Positions 49,395 through 58,514 of a stretch of DNA of 64,000 bases are shown piece by piece. The stretch lies in the NCBI GenBank assembly GCA_047611905.1, contig JBLFWZ010000002.1, positions 802 through 64,801 on the forward strand, written 5' to 3'. Position numbers and translations under genes: made by a program. Below the pieces are notes generated by a model, which ran no database searches, was not told the DNA's origin, and worked only from the letters and a program-made list of their open reading frames with translations. The stretch is from Gammaproteobacteria bacterium. GTDB taxonomy: Bacteria; Pseudomonadota; Gammaproteobacteria; Ga0077536. Every line of letters starts with the position of its first letter. Within the stretch, counting starts at the first letter, position 1.

Positions 49395-50429
49395 GTGAAC
49401 GAGCCGCTGACTCGAAGCTCTCCCCATGTTGGCGGCGCGCGCAACGTTCGATGGAGCATGTGCCAGGTGCTGCTCGCGTTGCTGCCCGGCCTGTTCGCCT
49501 ACGTCATTGTTTTTGGTATGGGTGTGTTGATTCATTTAGGGATCGCGACAGTAAGCGCGGTACTACTGGAATACCTTGCGCTCAAATGGCAACGAATCGA
49601 TCCACAACCGTTCCTTCGCGACGGCAGCGTGCTTGTTCTAGCCTGTCTAATTACGTTTGCGATTCCACCGTATGCGCCGTGGTGGATAACGTTTCTAGGT
49701 GTCGCATTTGCGGTCTTGATTGGCAAGCACGCATTCGGCGGACTCGGGTACAATATATTCAATCCCGCGATGGCTGGTTACATATTTTTGTTACTCTGCT
49801 TCCCGCGGATAATGGGACAATGGCCGACGGCCGGATTGGAAACGGATTTTCGCGGTTTCATTGACAGCGCAAGTCTCATTATGACCGGCGCTATCGACGG
49901 TATTGATGGGCGATCCGGTGCGACAGCACTCGACCACGTAAAGACGCAGGCAACACTAATGCGGATGCAATCCGAAATGCACGCCAACAATATCTTTGGA
50001 CTGCTCGGCGGGCGTGGCTGGGAATGGATCAATATCGCGTTTTTAGCCGGCGGAGGATGGCTGCTATTGCGCCGCGTGGTGCGTTGGCGATTGCCGCTGA
50101 GTTTTCTGTGTGGCCTCGGCATTGCCGCGTCGGTTGGATACCTCTCGGATCCGGAATTACACCGTGGTCTGTTGTTTCATCTGTTCACCGGCGCGGGATT
50201 GTTTGCCGCGTTTTTTATCGTCACCGATCCCGTTTCGTCCGCGACGACACCAAAGGGTATGCTCATATTCGGATTTGGCGCAGGCGTTTTAACTTATCTA
50301 ATTCGAGAATTTGGGTCGTACCCCGACGGGGTGGCATTTGCGATCGTCTCGATGAATGCTTGCGCACCACTAATCGATCGTCTGACGCAGCCGCGATTGT
50401 ATGGAACCCAAACTAAAGAAACCCAATAA
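49395..50429 (+). CDS. rnfD: Rnf/Rsx subunit D
   Basis: Polytopic protein with GG.G.N.FNPAM.GY and the FMN-attachment region SGATALD. GTG start. Confidence 0.93.
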   Translation: MNEPLTRSSPHVGGARNVRWSMCQVLLALLPGLFAYVIVFGMGVLIHLGIATVSAVLLEYLALKWQRIDPQPFLRDGSVLVLACLITFAIPPYAPWWITFLGVAFAVLIGKHAFGGLGYNIFNPAMAGYIFLLLCFPRIMGQWPTAGLETDFRGFIDSASLIMTGAIDGIDGRSGATALDHVKTQATLMRMQSEMHANNIFGLLGGRGWEWINIAFLAGGGWLLLRRVVRWRLPLSFLCGLGIAASVGYLSDPELHRGLLFHLFTGAGLFAAFFIVTDPVSSATTPKGMLIFGFGAGVLTYLIREFGSYPDGVAFAIVSMNACAPLIDRLTQPRLYGTQTKETQ

Positions 50430-51021
50430 GCGAAGCGTATTGTTCGGTAGCTACATATCGATATTATTTGTATTTGGCATCGCGACAAGCTGTGTTTTTC
50501 TGATCAAAGACAAACTTGAGAGCGCTAGGACCCAAGCGGACAATGTTCGGGCGCACAGTTGGGTGCACGCAGTGCTGCCGGATATCGCGGGGAACATCAC
50601 AACGACGGATTTAACAAACGTGGTTGATCCAATTCGTCTCGGGACACAAAAGCCCGCGAGCGTCTACGAGGACAGGCCCGGTGAACACGTGATCGCGATT
50701 AAGTGGCGGGCGGAGAAGGGCTATAACGGTGGAATTGACCTTGCACTTGCGGTGAATCGAGGTGGTAAAATTGTGGGCATTGCCGTATTGGCGCAAAACG
50801 AAACGCGTGGATTCGGTGATGTTATTCAGAGTCCCGAATCGAAATGGATTCAATCATTCGAGGGTCGCTCATTGAAAAACCCGCTGCGAGATTTGTGGCA
50901 ACTACGCTCCAACGGCGGAGAAATTGATGGGCTGAGCGGCGCTACGATTACGGCCAATGCGGTTGTGAATGGCGTCGCGAAGGCGCTCCGATATCTCGAA
51001 TCTCGAGAGCTGGAACGTTGA
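50401..51021 (+). CDS. rnfG: Rnf/Rsx subunit G
   Basis: N-terminal anchor and the FMN-binding motif IDGLSGATITANAV. Confidence 0.92.
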   Translation: MEPKLKKPNKRSVLFGSYISILFVFGIATSCVFLIKDKLESARTQADNVRAHSWVHAVLPDIAGNITTTDLTNVVDPIRLGTQKPASVYEDRPGEHVIAIKWRAEKGYNGGIDLALAVNRGGKIVGIAVLAQNETRGFGDVIQSPESKWIQSFEGRSLKNPLRDLWQLRSNGGEIDGLSGATITANAVVNGVAKALRYLESRELER

Positions 51022-51728
51022 TTTCACGCGCTCTAAGGCAATGTTCAAATTGTGCGTGTTCCGTCGCTCTGCACAATCCATTGACCGCCCGGCTGATTGG
51101 TTTATGCCCATTGCTCGCTGTGTCGAACACCGCTCTGAAAGGCGCCGCGATTACGCTGTTACTCGCCTTAGTCGTTCTTTGTGCGGCGAGCGTTACGGCG
51201 TTACTGAGACGCACTGTAAGTTGGCGATTGCAACCTATCTACCATGCACTGATTACCTCATTCATAACGGCGCTCGTTCTTGCGGTTGCTCGCATTGAAT
51301 ACCACGCGCTGGTCGCGACACTGAGTATTTACCCGGCGCTTATCGCTAGCAACTGCTTGCTGCTTAGTTACGTTCAGGAAGTTGGGGAACGATCGTCGTT
51401 AAGAATTACCGTGCGTAAGTGCGCGCGCGACTGCATGGCAATTCTAGTGTTCATGATTGCATTCGGTGCGCTACGTGAACTCGCTACCTTCGGTACGGTT
51501 TTTACGGACACAGCAATGCTCAGTTCGTTGCCTTCATTGGTGCCTCAAAACAAGACCGGGCCGTTACCGATATTGGCAGACGCCCCAGGTGCATTAATAT
51601 TGTTGGCATTAGTATTGGCTGGCGCAAACGGCTTACGGCGGCGTCTGCAGGGCGACGAACCAACAACGTTGCCTGATTCCGTTGCGGAGCCAAGCATGCA
51701 TTCCGCGTCGCCCGGCCGACGGATTTAA
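51018..51728 (+). CDS. rnfE: Rnf/Rsx subunit E
   Basis: LIGLCPLLAVSNTA is the hallmark of RnfE/NqrD-like subunits. TTG start overlaps the rnfG stop. Confidence 0.9.
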   Translation: MISRALRQCSNCACSVALHNPLTARLIGLCPLLAVSNTALKGAAITLLLALVVLCAASVTALLRRTVSWRLQPIYHALITSFITALVLAVARIEYHALVATLSIYPALIASNCLLLSYVQEVGERSSLRITVRKCARDCMAILVFMIAFGALRELATFGTVFTDTAMLSSLPSLVPQNKTGPLPILADAPGALILLALVLAGANGLRRRLQGDEPTTLPDSVAEPSMHSASPGRRI

Positions 51729-51749
51729 ATTAGTGAGGGTTAGAGAGTT

Positions 51750-52397
51750 TTGGAACTACAACAGCGCAGGCTATTTTTTCGCCGCCTAAAACGTCGCATT
51801 CCGGCGCCAACGACAGAACTTCAATACGATTCGGTCTTTGAGTTGCTCATCGCGGTGATTCTGTCTGCGCAGGCGACAGATGTCGGCGTCAACAAGGCAA
51901 CGAAGCTTTTGTACGCTAAAGCCGACACTCCCGAATCGATATATGCGTTGGGCGAACAGGGGCTAAAGAAGTACATAAAAACAATCGGATTATTTAACGC
52001 TAAAGCAAAGAATATTATCGCGACTTGCCGGATCCTCGTTGAGGAGCACGACTCAATCGTTCCAAATCAACGCGCAGCGCTCGAAGCGTTGCCGGGTGTC
52101 GGGCGAAAAACGGCGAATGTCGTGTTGAATACCGCATTTGGCGAACTGACTATCGCGGTCGATACGCACATCTTCCGCGTTTCCAACAGAACCTCGCTTG
52201 CGCCAGGCAAGACACCCTTGTCGGTCGAGCGTGGGCTTCTGGAGGCCGTGCCCAAGCGCTATATATCCGATGCTCACCACTGGTTGATTTTGCACGGCAG
52301 ATACACTTGCACAGCGCGCAATCCAAAGTGTGGTGAATGTTGCGTAAGCGACCTTTGTACATGGGACGAAAAAGCCGACTATGCTACTGTTGGGTGA
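51750..52397 (+). CDS. nth: endonuclease III
   Basis: HhH-GPD motif (LPGVGRKTANVVL) and a C-terminal 4Fe-4S loop (C..R.P.C..C....C). Follows rnfE, as in E. coli rsx-nth. Confidence 0.94.
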   Translation: MELQQRRLFFRRLKRRIPAPTTELQYDSVFELLIAVILSAQATDVGVNKATKLLYAKADTPESIYALGEQGLKKYIKTIGLFNAKAKNIIATCRILVEEHDSIVPNQRAALEALPGVGRKTANVVLNTAFGELTIAVDTHIFRVSNRTSLAPGKTPLSVERGLLEAVPKRYISDAHHWLILHGRYTCTARNPKCGECCVSDLCTWDEKADYATVG

Positions 52398-52453
52398 GCG
52401 AATTATTGGGGACGCCAGCCGCTTGGAACTAATGTCGACTATTGGAGAGCATC

Positions 52454-52879
52454 ATGTTCGCGCAATCACGCGATGACGTTCGCTCTCACTTCGTTAGTGT
52501 GTGGGAGAAAATGGCGCTCGAGGCGCCCTTGGAGCCGTTAGAAAAGATGCTCGCGGGTGTCATTAGTCGCCATCCCGAGTATCACCAAATACTCAGTAAT
52601 CCCGACCGCGCGTTGAACACCGAATTCGGCGTCGACGGCATAACAGCTAACCCATTTCTGCATATGAGCTTACACGTCGCAATTGTGGAACAGCTGCAAA
52701 CCGATCGTCCACCAGGGGTCGTTAAAGCGTACAATTCGCTGCTTAGAAATCGTACGCTGGACGCGCATTTGGCTGAACACAAAATGATCGATTGTTTGTC
52801 TGCGAGCCTATGGCGCGCGCAACGCGATTCAATTCCACCTGACGAGGCCGAATACCTGGCCTGTTTAACGCGATCGTAA
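52454..52879 (+). CDS. DUF1841-family protein
   Basis: ATG 52454 is preceded by GGAGAG. The sequence (..NPFLHMSLHVAIVEQL..) matches my recollection of DUF1841. The stop overlaps the next start (TAATG). Confidence 0.7.
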   Translation: MFAQSRDDVRSHFVSVWEKMALEAPLEPLEKMLAGVISRHPEYHQILSNPDRALNTEFGVDGITANPFLHMSLHVAIVEQLQTDRPPGVVKAYNSLLRNRTLDAHLAEHKMIDCLSASLWRAQRDSIPPDEAEYLACLTRS

Positions 52880-54165
52880 TGAATGGCGAGATGGCGATAG
52901 ATTCGCTTTACGAAGGCAATGCAATCCCGACCGGTGAACGTTTGGCCGGATTGCTCGCCGATGTGACCCAGGAATTCGCCAGCTCTTTGAACATAGAAGA
53001 GACCCTGCAGAAAGCAATCGATCAGATCATCGTCTACCTGAACGCCGAAGCCGCATCGATCTTCTTGGTCGAGGAAAACGGTGCCGCGCTAATTTGCCGC
53101 AAATGTGCTGGACCCGTGGATGTCACCGGACTGCGGTTGCGACCAGAGCAAGGCATCGTCGGCGAGACAGTGGCAAAGAATGCGCCACAAATTGTTCGCG
53201 ACGTCTCCCAAAACGATAATTTCGCGGCCGTCGTGGATGCAGATACGGGCTTCGTGACTCGGTCGATTATGTGCGCACCGTTGACCGTGCGCGGCAATTG
53301 CATCGGCGTCCTCGAGCTCATAAACAAACGTAGCGGTGATGGTCTTTTTGCCGCAAGCGACATGTACTTAGCCACGGCCGTTGCGTCCGCTGCTGCATTA
53401 GCGATTCATAATGCAAGGATGGCCCAGGCGCTGGTCGAACAAGAACGTGTGCGCAAAGAACTGGAATTGGCCCGTCAGATTCAATTAAGTCTGTTACCGG
53501 CGGCAACACCCGCAACATTTCCGGTCCATGGGCTAAATATTCCTGCACGCGAAGTCTCTGGAGATTTTTTCGACTATTGTGCCGTCGACGGCGGTAAAAT
53601 TTACTTCAGTCTTGCGGACGTCTCCGGCAAGGGCATGAATGCGGCGTTGTTGATGGCAAAAACGACCAGCCTTTTGCGTTGTTTGGCTAAAACCGCAGCC
53701 GGCCCGGCCGAGCTGCTTGATCAAGTTAACGCCGAAATCTGTGAGACGGCGTCGCTTGGCATGTTTGTCACGATCGTCGCCGGTTATATCTATCCCGAGA
53801 CTGGGGTTGTAGAGCTTTCAAACGCAGGGCACCAGCCGCCGGTTTTTTGGCGTACGGATGGTACTTATACCGAATTGCGCGCTACGTCACCGCCGATTGG
53901 GATTTTAACTGAGCTGGAATTCGAAACAACTGAGCTCGAATTGGGTGACGGCAGCCTTTACTTATTCACCGACGGCGTGACTGAGAGCCTCGCGCCAGAT
54001 GGATCTGAGCTTGGAGTAGGCGGGTTGTGCGAGATTATCGCTGACGCAACCCAGTTCGATTCAAAAGGTCGACTCGAAGCCATTGTCGAAAGAATTTACG
54101 ACCAAGATCGTACCGTTCACGACGACCTAACCCTATTATTAATTGAGACGAAAGCGCATGTCTGA
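52879..54165 (+). CDS. GAF-domain PP2C (SpoIIE/RsbU-type) serine phosphatase
   Basis: 428 aa. N-terminal GAF-like domain, then ELELARQIQLSLLP, SGDFFDY, ADVSGKG, NAGH, TDGVTE and DDLTLL, which are the SpoIIE-family PP2C motifs. Confidence 0.9.
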   Translation: MNGEMAIDSLYEGNAIPTGERLAGLLADVTQEFASSLNIEETLQKAIDQIIVYLNAEAASIFLVEENGAALICRKCAGPVDVTGLRLRPEQGIVGETVAKNAPQIVRDVSQNDNFAAVVDADTGFVTRSIMCAPLTVRGNCIGVLELINKRSGDGLFAASDMYLATAVASAAALAIHNARMAQALVEQERVRKELELARQIQLSLLPAATPATFPVHGLNIPAREVSGDFFDYCAVDGGKIYFSLADVSGKGMNAALLMAKTTSLLRCLAKTAAGPAELLDQVNAEICETASLGMFVTIVAGYIYPETGVVELSNAGHQPPVFWRTDGTYTELRATSPPIGILTELEFETTELELGDGSLYLFTDGVTESLAPDGSELGVGGLCEIIADATQFDSKGRLEAIVERIYDQDRTVHDDLTLLLIETKAHV

Positions 54166-54574
54166 GTCCCCTATGCTTGAACTCCGCTTCCCATCCGATC
54201 CGAAACGCCTCCGTATGGTGCGCGAAAAAGTCCAAGAAGTGACCGAAGAAATTGGCTGCTCCAAAAAGCTAATATCGGACCTAGTGATCGCAATTAACGA
54301 GGCATGCATGAACATTATGCAGCACGCGTACAAAGGCGATAGATCGGGCGAAATCCTCCTCGAGATTCAAAAAGAACAAGGTAATCTGGAAGTGCTTCTG
54401 ACGGATTATGCTGCGCCAATCGATCCCAAACTCATACGACCCCGCGATTTGGACGATGTCAAACCGGGCGGGCTCGGAACGCACTTCATTCAGGAGATCA
54501 TGGACGATTGCACATATGGCAATCTCGAGGATAGGGAAGGGAATTTTTTACGAATGAGAAAAAAAATTATTTAA
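54158..54574 (+). CDS. RsbW/SpoIIAB-like anti-sigma-type serine kinase (HATPase_c)
   Basis: About 138 aa from ATG 54158. N-box INEACMNIMQHAY and G2 box GGLGTHFI. The start overlaps the phosphatase stop (ATGTCTGA). Confidence 0.85.
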   Translation: MSESPMLELRFPSDPKRLRMVREKVQEVTEEIGCSKKLISDLVIAINEACMNIMQHAYKGDRSGEILLEIQKEQGNLEVLLTDYAAPIDPKLIRPRDLDDVKPGGLGTHFIQEIMDDCTYGNLEDREGNFLRMRKKII

Positions 54575-54718
54575 CGCTACGACGAGCCGTAAGGGTTCCA
54601 AATCCTAGTGAATCGAATAAGAACTTTAGAATAGTTGCCTTCAGACCGAAATATACTGTTGTTACGTATCGATCAATCATTGCAATTAACTTAATAGGGA
54701 AAACACGGGGCGGATACC

Positions 54719-55051
54719 ATGGAATACCAAGTAGAAGAAGATCGGGGGTTTTCAATCGTGTTGCTGACGGGCGACGTGGATTTGTCGTGTTCTCCCGACG
54801 CACGCAAGACGATATTGGACTGTTTGGAGTCATCAAAGGACACGCTAGTCGACTTGTCGGGTGTCTCCTACATCGACAGTTCTGGTGTGGCCAGCCTGGT
54901 AGAAGGCTATCAAACGGCGAAAAAGAAAAATCTAAAATTCGGCCTGCTTGGCGTTAGCAGCCCCGCCATGAGCGTTTTGGAACTCGCTCGACTCGACAAA
55001 GTGTTCCCGATTTACGCAAGCGTAGAGGAGTGTGTGAATACGGATGTCTGA
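54719..55051 (+). CDS. STAS-domain protein (anti-sigma-factor-antagonist / MlaB-like)
   Basis: 110 aa. DLSGVSYIDSSGVASL contains the SpoIIAA-type phosphorylatable Ser (Ser54 here). The stop overlaps the MlaE-like start (ATGTCTGA). Confidence 0.9.
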   Translation: MEYQVEEDRGFSIVLLTGDVDLSCSPDARKTILDCLESSKDTLVDLSGVSYIDSSGVASLVEGYQTAKKKNLKFGLLGVSSPAMSVLELARLDKVFPIYASVEECVNTDV

Positions 55052-55856
55052 CCAAGGGGGGGGCGATTTTCGACAATCTATTGAAAGTTTGGGTCGTTCA
55101 ACAGTCGGGTTCGTTGAAGAATTCGGCTATTTCCTGGCGTTAACATTTGAGAGTTTCTATTGGGTCGTTGCCGGGCCCTTTAAACGACAGCCCGTACGCT
55201 TCTCAGCAGCGGTGTCACAAATGGTCGAAACGGGCATTGCTGCGCTTCCTATTGTATTCATTTTGTCATTTTCGATTGGCGTCATGCTCGCGATTCAAGG
55301 CGTGCACACTTTGAAGCAGTTTGGTGCGGAGACTCAAGTCGTGTTGGGTATCGCACTGTCAGTAACGCGTGAGTTTGGACCCTTAATTACTGGGATCCTC
55401 GTGGCTGGGCGAACCGGTTCGGCGCTAGCCGCAAGGGTTGGCACGATGCAGGTAAATCAAGAAATTGATGCGCTGCGGGTGATGGGCATTAACCCAGTTC
55501 GTTATTTGGTATCACCGGTCATGCTCGCGATGGTGGTTATGATGCCGTTCATCACGCTGTTTGCCGATTTAGCTGCGATGCTTGGCGGTGCCGTCTACTG
55601 CAATCTAGATCTCGGTCTAGGTTATGTCGCCTATTGGGATCAGGGTACTTCATTCATCACGCCGAACGATGTGATGCAAGGTCTTCTGAAAAGCGTGATA
55701 TTCGCAGTGATAATCACGCTCATTGGCGTCAGCAACGGATTTTCAGTAACCGGCGGAGCAGAAGGTGTCGGGCGGGCGACAACCCGTGCAGTTGTGCTTG
55801 CGATCTCATACATCGTACTCGCTGACATGACATTTACCTATTTCCTAAATCGCTAA
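55044..55856 (+). CDS. MlaE-family ABC transporter permease
   Basis: 270 aa with ..REFGPLITGILVAGRTGSALAA..G.M.V..EIDALR.MGI.P...LV.P typical of MlaE/Ttg2B. Confidence 0.92.
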   Translation: MSDQGGGDFRQSIESLGRSTVGFVEEFGYFLALTFESFYWVVAGPFKRQPVRFSAAVSQMVETGIAALPIVFILSFSIGVMLAIQGVHTLKQFGAETQVVLGIALSVTREFGPLITGILVAGRTGSALAARVGTMQVNQEIDALRVMGINPVRYLVSPVMLAMVVMMPFITLFADLAAMLGGAVYCNLDLGLGYVAYWDQGTSFITPNDVMQGLLKSVIFAVIITLIGVSNGFSVTGGAEGVGRATTRAVVLAISYIVLADMTFTYFLNR

Positions 55857-55862
55857 GCACTG

Positions 55863-56666
55863 ATGGAACAAGAGTACGCAATACGTGTAGAAAATCTCGT
55901 CACCCACTACGGTCCGAGAAAAATTCTGGACGGTGTGGACTTGGACATAATGCCCGGCGAGATCAATATTATTATGGGCGGCAGTGGATCCGGGAAAAGC
56001 ACCCTGTTACGTCATATGCTCGGCCTGCACACGCCAACTGCAGGAAGTATTACCTTGCTCGGCAAGAACATCGCAAAAATCAGTGCGGCCGAACTGCATG
56101 ATTTGCGAACCAACATGGGTGTCTCGTTTCAAGGTGGGGCACTGATAAGTTCGATGACCGTGGGCGAGAACGTAGAGCTACCGCTTCGCGAGCACACAAA
56201 GCTTGACGACTCGACTATCGGCATTATGGCGCGAATGAAACTCGAGGTCGTTAATCTAGGCGGCTTCGAAGACCTTATGCCGGCGCAGCTCTCCGGCGGA
56301 ATGATAAAGCGCGCGGCCCTTGCGCGCGCGATCGTGATGGATCCGAAAATGTTATTTTTCGACGAACCATCAGCCGGACTCGACCCTGTTGTGGCGTCAG
56401 AATTGGACGATTTAATTCTGAAACTCCGCGATTCGATGCAAATGACTATAGTCGTTGTCACGCACGAGCTAGAGAGCGCATTTAAAATTGCCGATCGCAT
56501 CATTGTGTTAGATCATGGCAAAATTCTATTGGCGGGTTCTGTCGAAGAAGTGAGAAATTCAAACATCGAGCGGGTTCAAGACCTGCTAAACCGCCGTTCT
56601 CGGCATGAAGAAATTGATGCCGAGGCCTATATGGATCGATTAACCGGTGGAACCAATGAACTCTGA
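55863..56666 (+). CDS. MlaF-family ABC transporter ATP-binding protein
   Basis: Walker A GGSGSGKST, signature LSGGMIKRAALARA and Walker B LFFDEPSAGLDP. Confidence 0.93.
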   Translation: MEQEYAIRVENLVTHYGPRKILDGVDLDIMPGEINIIMGGSGSGKSTLLRHMLGLHTPTAGSITLLGKNIAKISAAELHDLRTNMGVSFQGGALISSMTVGENVELPLREHTKLDDSTIGIMARMKLEVVNLGGFEDLMPAQLSGGMIKRAALARAIVMDPKMLFFDEPSAGLDPVVASELDDLILKLRDSMQMTIVVVTHELESAFKIADRIIVLDHGKILLAGSVEEVRNSNIERVQDLLNRRSRHEEIDAEAYMDRLTGGTNEL

Positions 56667-56714
56667 AGCTAATTTCCCCAGGACGGGCCACTATCGTCAG
56701 GAATTTGTGCAACG

Positions 56715-57704
56715 ATGAAACGCGACACAGTCAATTACTTCGTCGTCGGCATTTTCGTGTTGACCATGATATTCGCATTTTTCGTGCTGATGTTTTTCGT
56801 TACCGGTAGCACCGGTCCGGCGGATAACTACACCGTAAAATACTCTAATGTTAACGGCCTAAAGTTCGGCACGGGAGTTTTCTACGAGGGTTATAGGGTC
56901 GGCCAAATAGAAACGATCGTACCGACCCCGGCAGAAGCCGGGATGGAGTATGTGCTAACTCTGAGCATCACGCGAGATTGGAAAATTCCACGAGATAGCG
57001 TCGCAAAGGTAATGGCTTCAGGATTGATATCCGCCGTCCAAATCGAAATTGAAGGGGGAACGAGCGAGCAAGCTGTCTCACCCGGCGGAGAAATTAAGGG
57101 TCAAGAACAACAGGATCTTTTTGCCGTCATAAATGATGCGGCCGGTGAATTCCAAGCGCTATCGAGAGACGGGATAAAGCCCGTCTTGCAGAATATAAAT
57201 AAGCGCATCGATGAACTTTCCGCCGAAGGGGTTAGTTTTCGACGCGAACAACTTGGTCCGTTAATCGATACGTTTAACAAGCGGCTCAATGAGGATCTCG
57301 TTGGGGACGCGCAATCGTTGCTTGCAAAGCTTGATCACAGCGCTCAGCAATTAAATAAAATATTAGGTTCTAAAAATCAGCAACAGATCGAAAGTTTTCT
57401 CGTTCATATCGACGATGTTGCGCTAAATTTAGGCGGACTCATCTCGCGCATCGAAATGACACGTGTACAAATGGGAGACACCTTAGCGGCCTTGAAACAT
57501 CTAGTGGCGGACAACAATCATCAAGTCAGAACGACGGTAGAAAACGCCAACCTGTCGATGCAAGAGATGCACAATGCCCTACAGACCGTCAATGAGCACC
57601 TGGGCACAATTTTGTATAACGTTGAGGGTAGCGCCCGGCATTTACATGAATTTTCTCAATCGGTCCGAGACAATCCGTCACGAATTATCCGTGGAACGAA
57701 ATAA
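56715..57704 (+). CDS. MCE (MlaD-like) substrate-binding protein with long C-terminal helical region
   Basis: N-terminal TM helix, an MCE domain (..V.GL..G..V...G..VG.I..I) and then about 200 aa of coiled-coil-like sequence. Confidence 0.88.
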   Translation: MKRDTVNYFVVGIFVLTMIFAFFVLMFFVTGSTGPADNYTVKYSNVNGLKFGTGVFYEGYRVGQIETIVPTPAEAGMEYVLTLSITRDWKIPRDSVAKVMASGLISAVQIEIEGGTSEQAVSPGGEIKGQEQQDLFAVINDAAGEFQALSRDGIKPVLQNINKRIDELSAEGVSFRREQLGPLIDTFNKRLNEDLVGDAQSLLAKLDHSAQQLNKILGSKNQQQIESFLVHIDDVALNLGGLISRIEMTRVQMGDTLAALKHLVADNNHQVRTTVENANLSMQEMHNALQTVNEHLGTILYNVEGSARHLHEFSQSVRDNPSRIIRGTK

Positions 57705-57705
57705 A

Positions 57706-58338
57706 GTGAAGCTCGTAGATTGTCATTGGTCCTACGTAAAGCTAACCGCGATCCTAATTATCGCGCTGCTGCCGGCGTGTGGCGCACTAAAGCCGTTACC
57801 GAGTGATCGACATTACCAATTGGGTGTAAATCATTTGAGCGCTAGCGTGGACAGTTCGCGGTGGACCGAAGAACCTATCCGAGTAGCAAAGTTTCAGGCC
57901 AATGGTGTGCATCGAGAGCGCTCGATCGTGCGGTCAGAAAGTGGGAAATTCGCCGTGCAGCAGCTTCGCTACGATTTGTGGGTTGATAGCCCCGAGCGAA
58001 TGTTGCAAACCGAACTTGTTAGTTACTTACGCGCCGCCAATGTTGCCCCCGTGGTATCGACGTCAAATGTTCACCGCAGCGGCTATGAGATTGCTGGGAG
58101 AATTCTACGATTTGAGCAAGTTGTCGATGGTGATGGTACAAGCATTGCGGTGGTGCTTGGCCTTGAACTCGCCGCGCTGAAATCGCCACCGACACTGGTG
58201 CTGGCGCGCGAGTACGAAGAAATAGCAGCAGCCGGTAACGGCGATATCGAAGCGAGTGTCGCTTCGATATCAGCTGCGATAGAAACGATATTTCGTCGAT
58301 TCGTCGCAGATGCAGGGACGACGTTACGTCAACAATGA
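57706..58338 (+). CDS. ABC-transport auxiliary lipoprotein (DUF330 / PqiC-YmbA-like)
   Basis: GTG 57706 lies 1 nt after the MCE stop. Lipobox LLPAC|G. The size and position match the auxiliary lipoproteins of MCE transporters. The ORF track opens at 57574 inside the upstream gene. Confidence 0.75.
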   Translation: MKLVDCHWSYVKLTAILIIALLPACGALKPLPSDRHYQLGVNHLSASVDSSRWTEEPIRVAKFQANGVHRERSIVRSESGKFAVQQLRYDLWVDSPERMLQTELVSYLRAANVAPVVSTSNVHRSGYEIAGRILRFEQVVDGDGTSIAVVLGLELAALKSPPTLVLAREYEEIAAAGNGDIEASVASISAAIETIFRRFVADAGTTLRQQ

Positions 58339-58514
58339 GTTCTATTAGTCGCAACCGCGCACTCTCGCGCATCGTCGTTGCAGCTTAAAGATTGGCGAAG
58401 ATACTAACGTAGGAGCGGGGCCGTGGAATGCTCCGGATTGCGTCGTTAGCTGGTCAGAGACCACTAAGGTTCCGGTAGCGCAGGGTTGTCCGATACGCAA
58501 AACGGTACTTCCTA

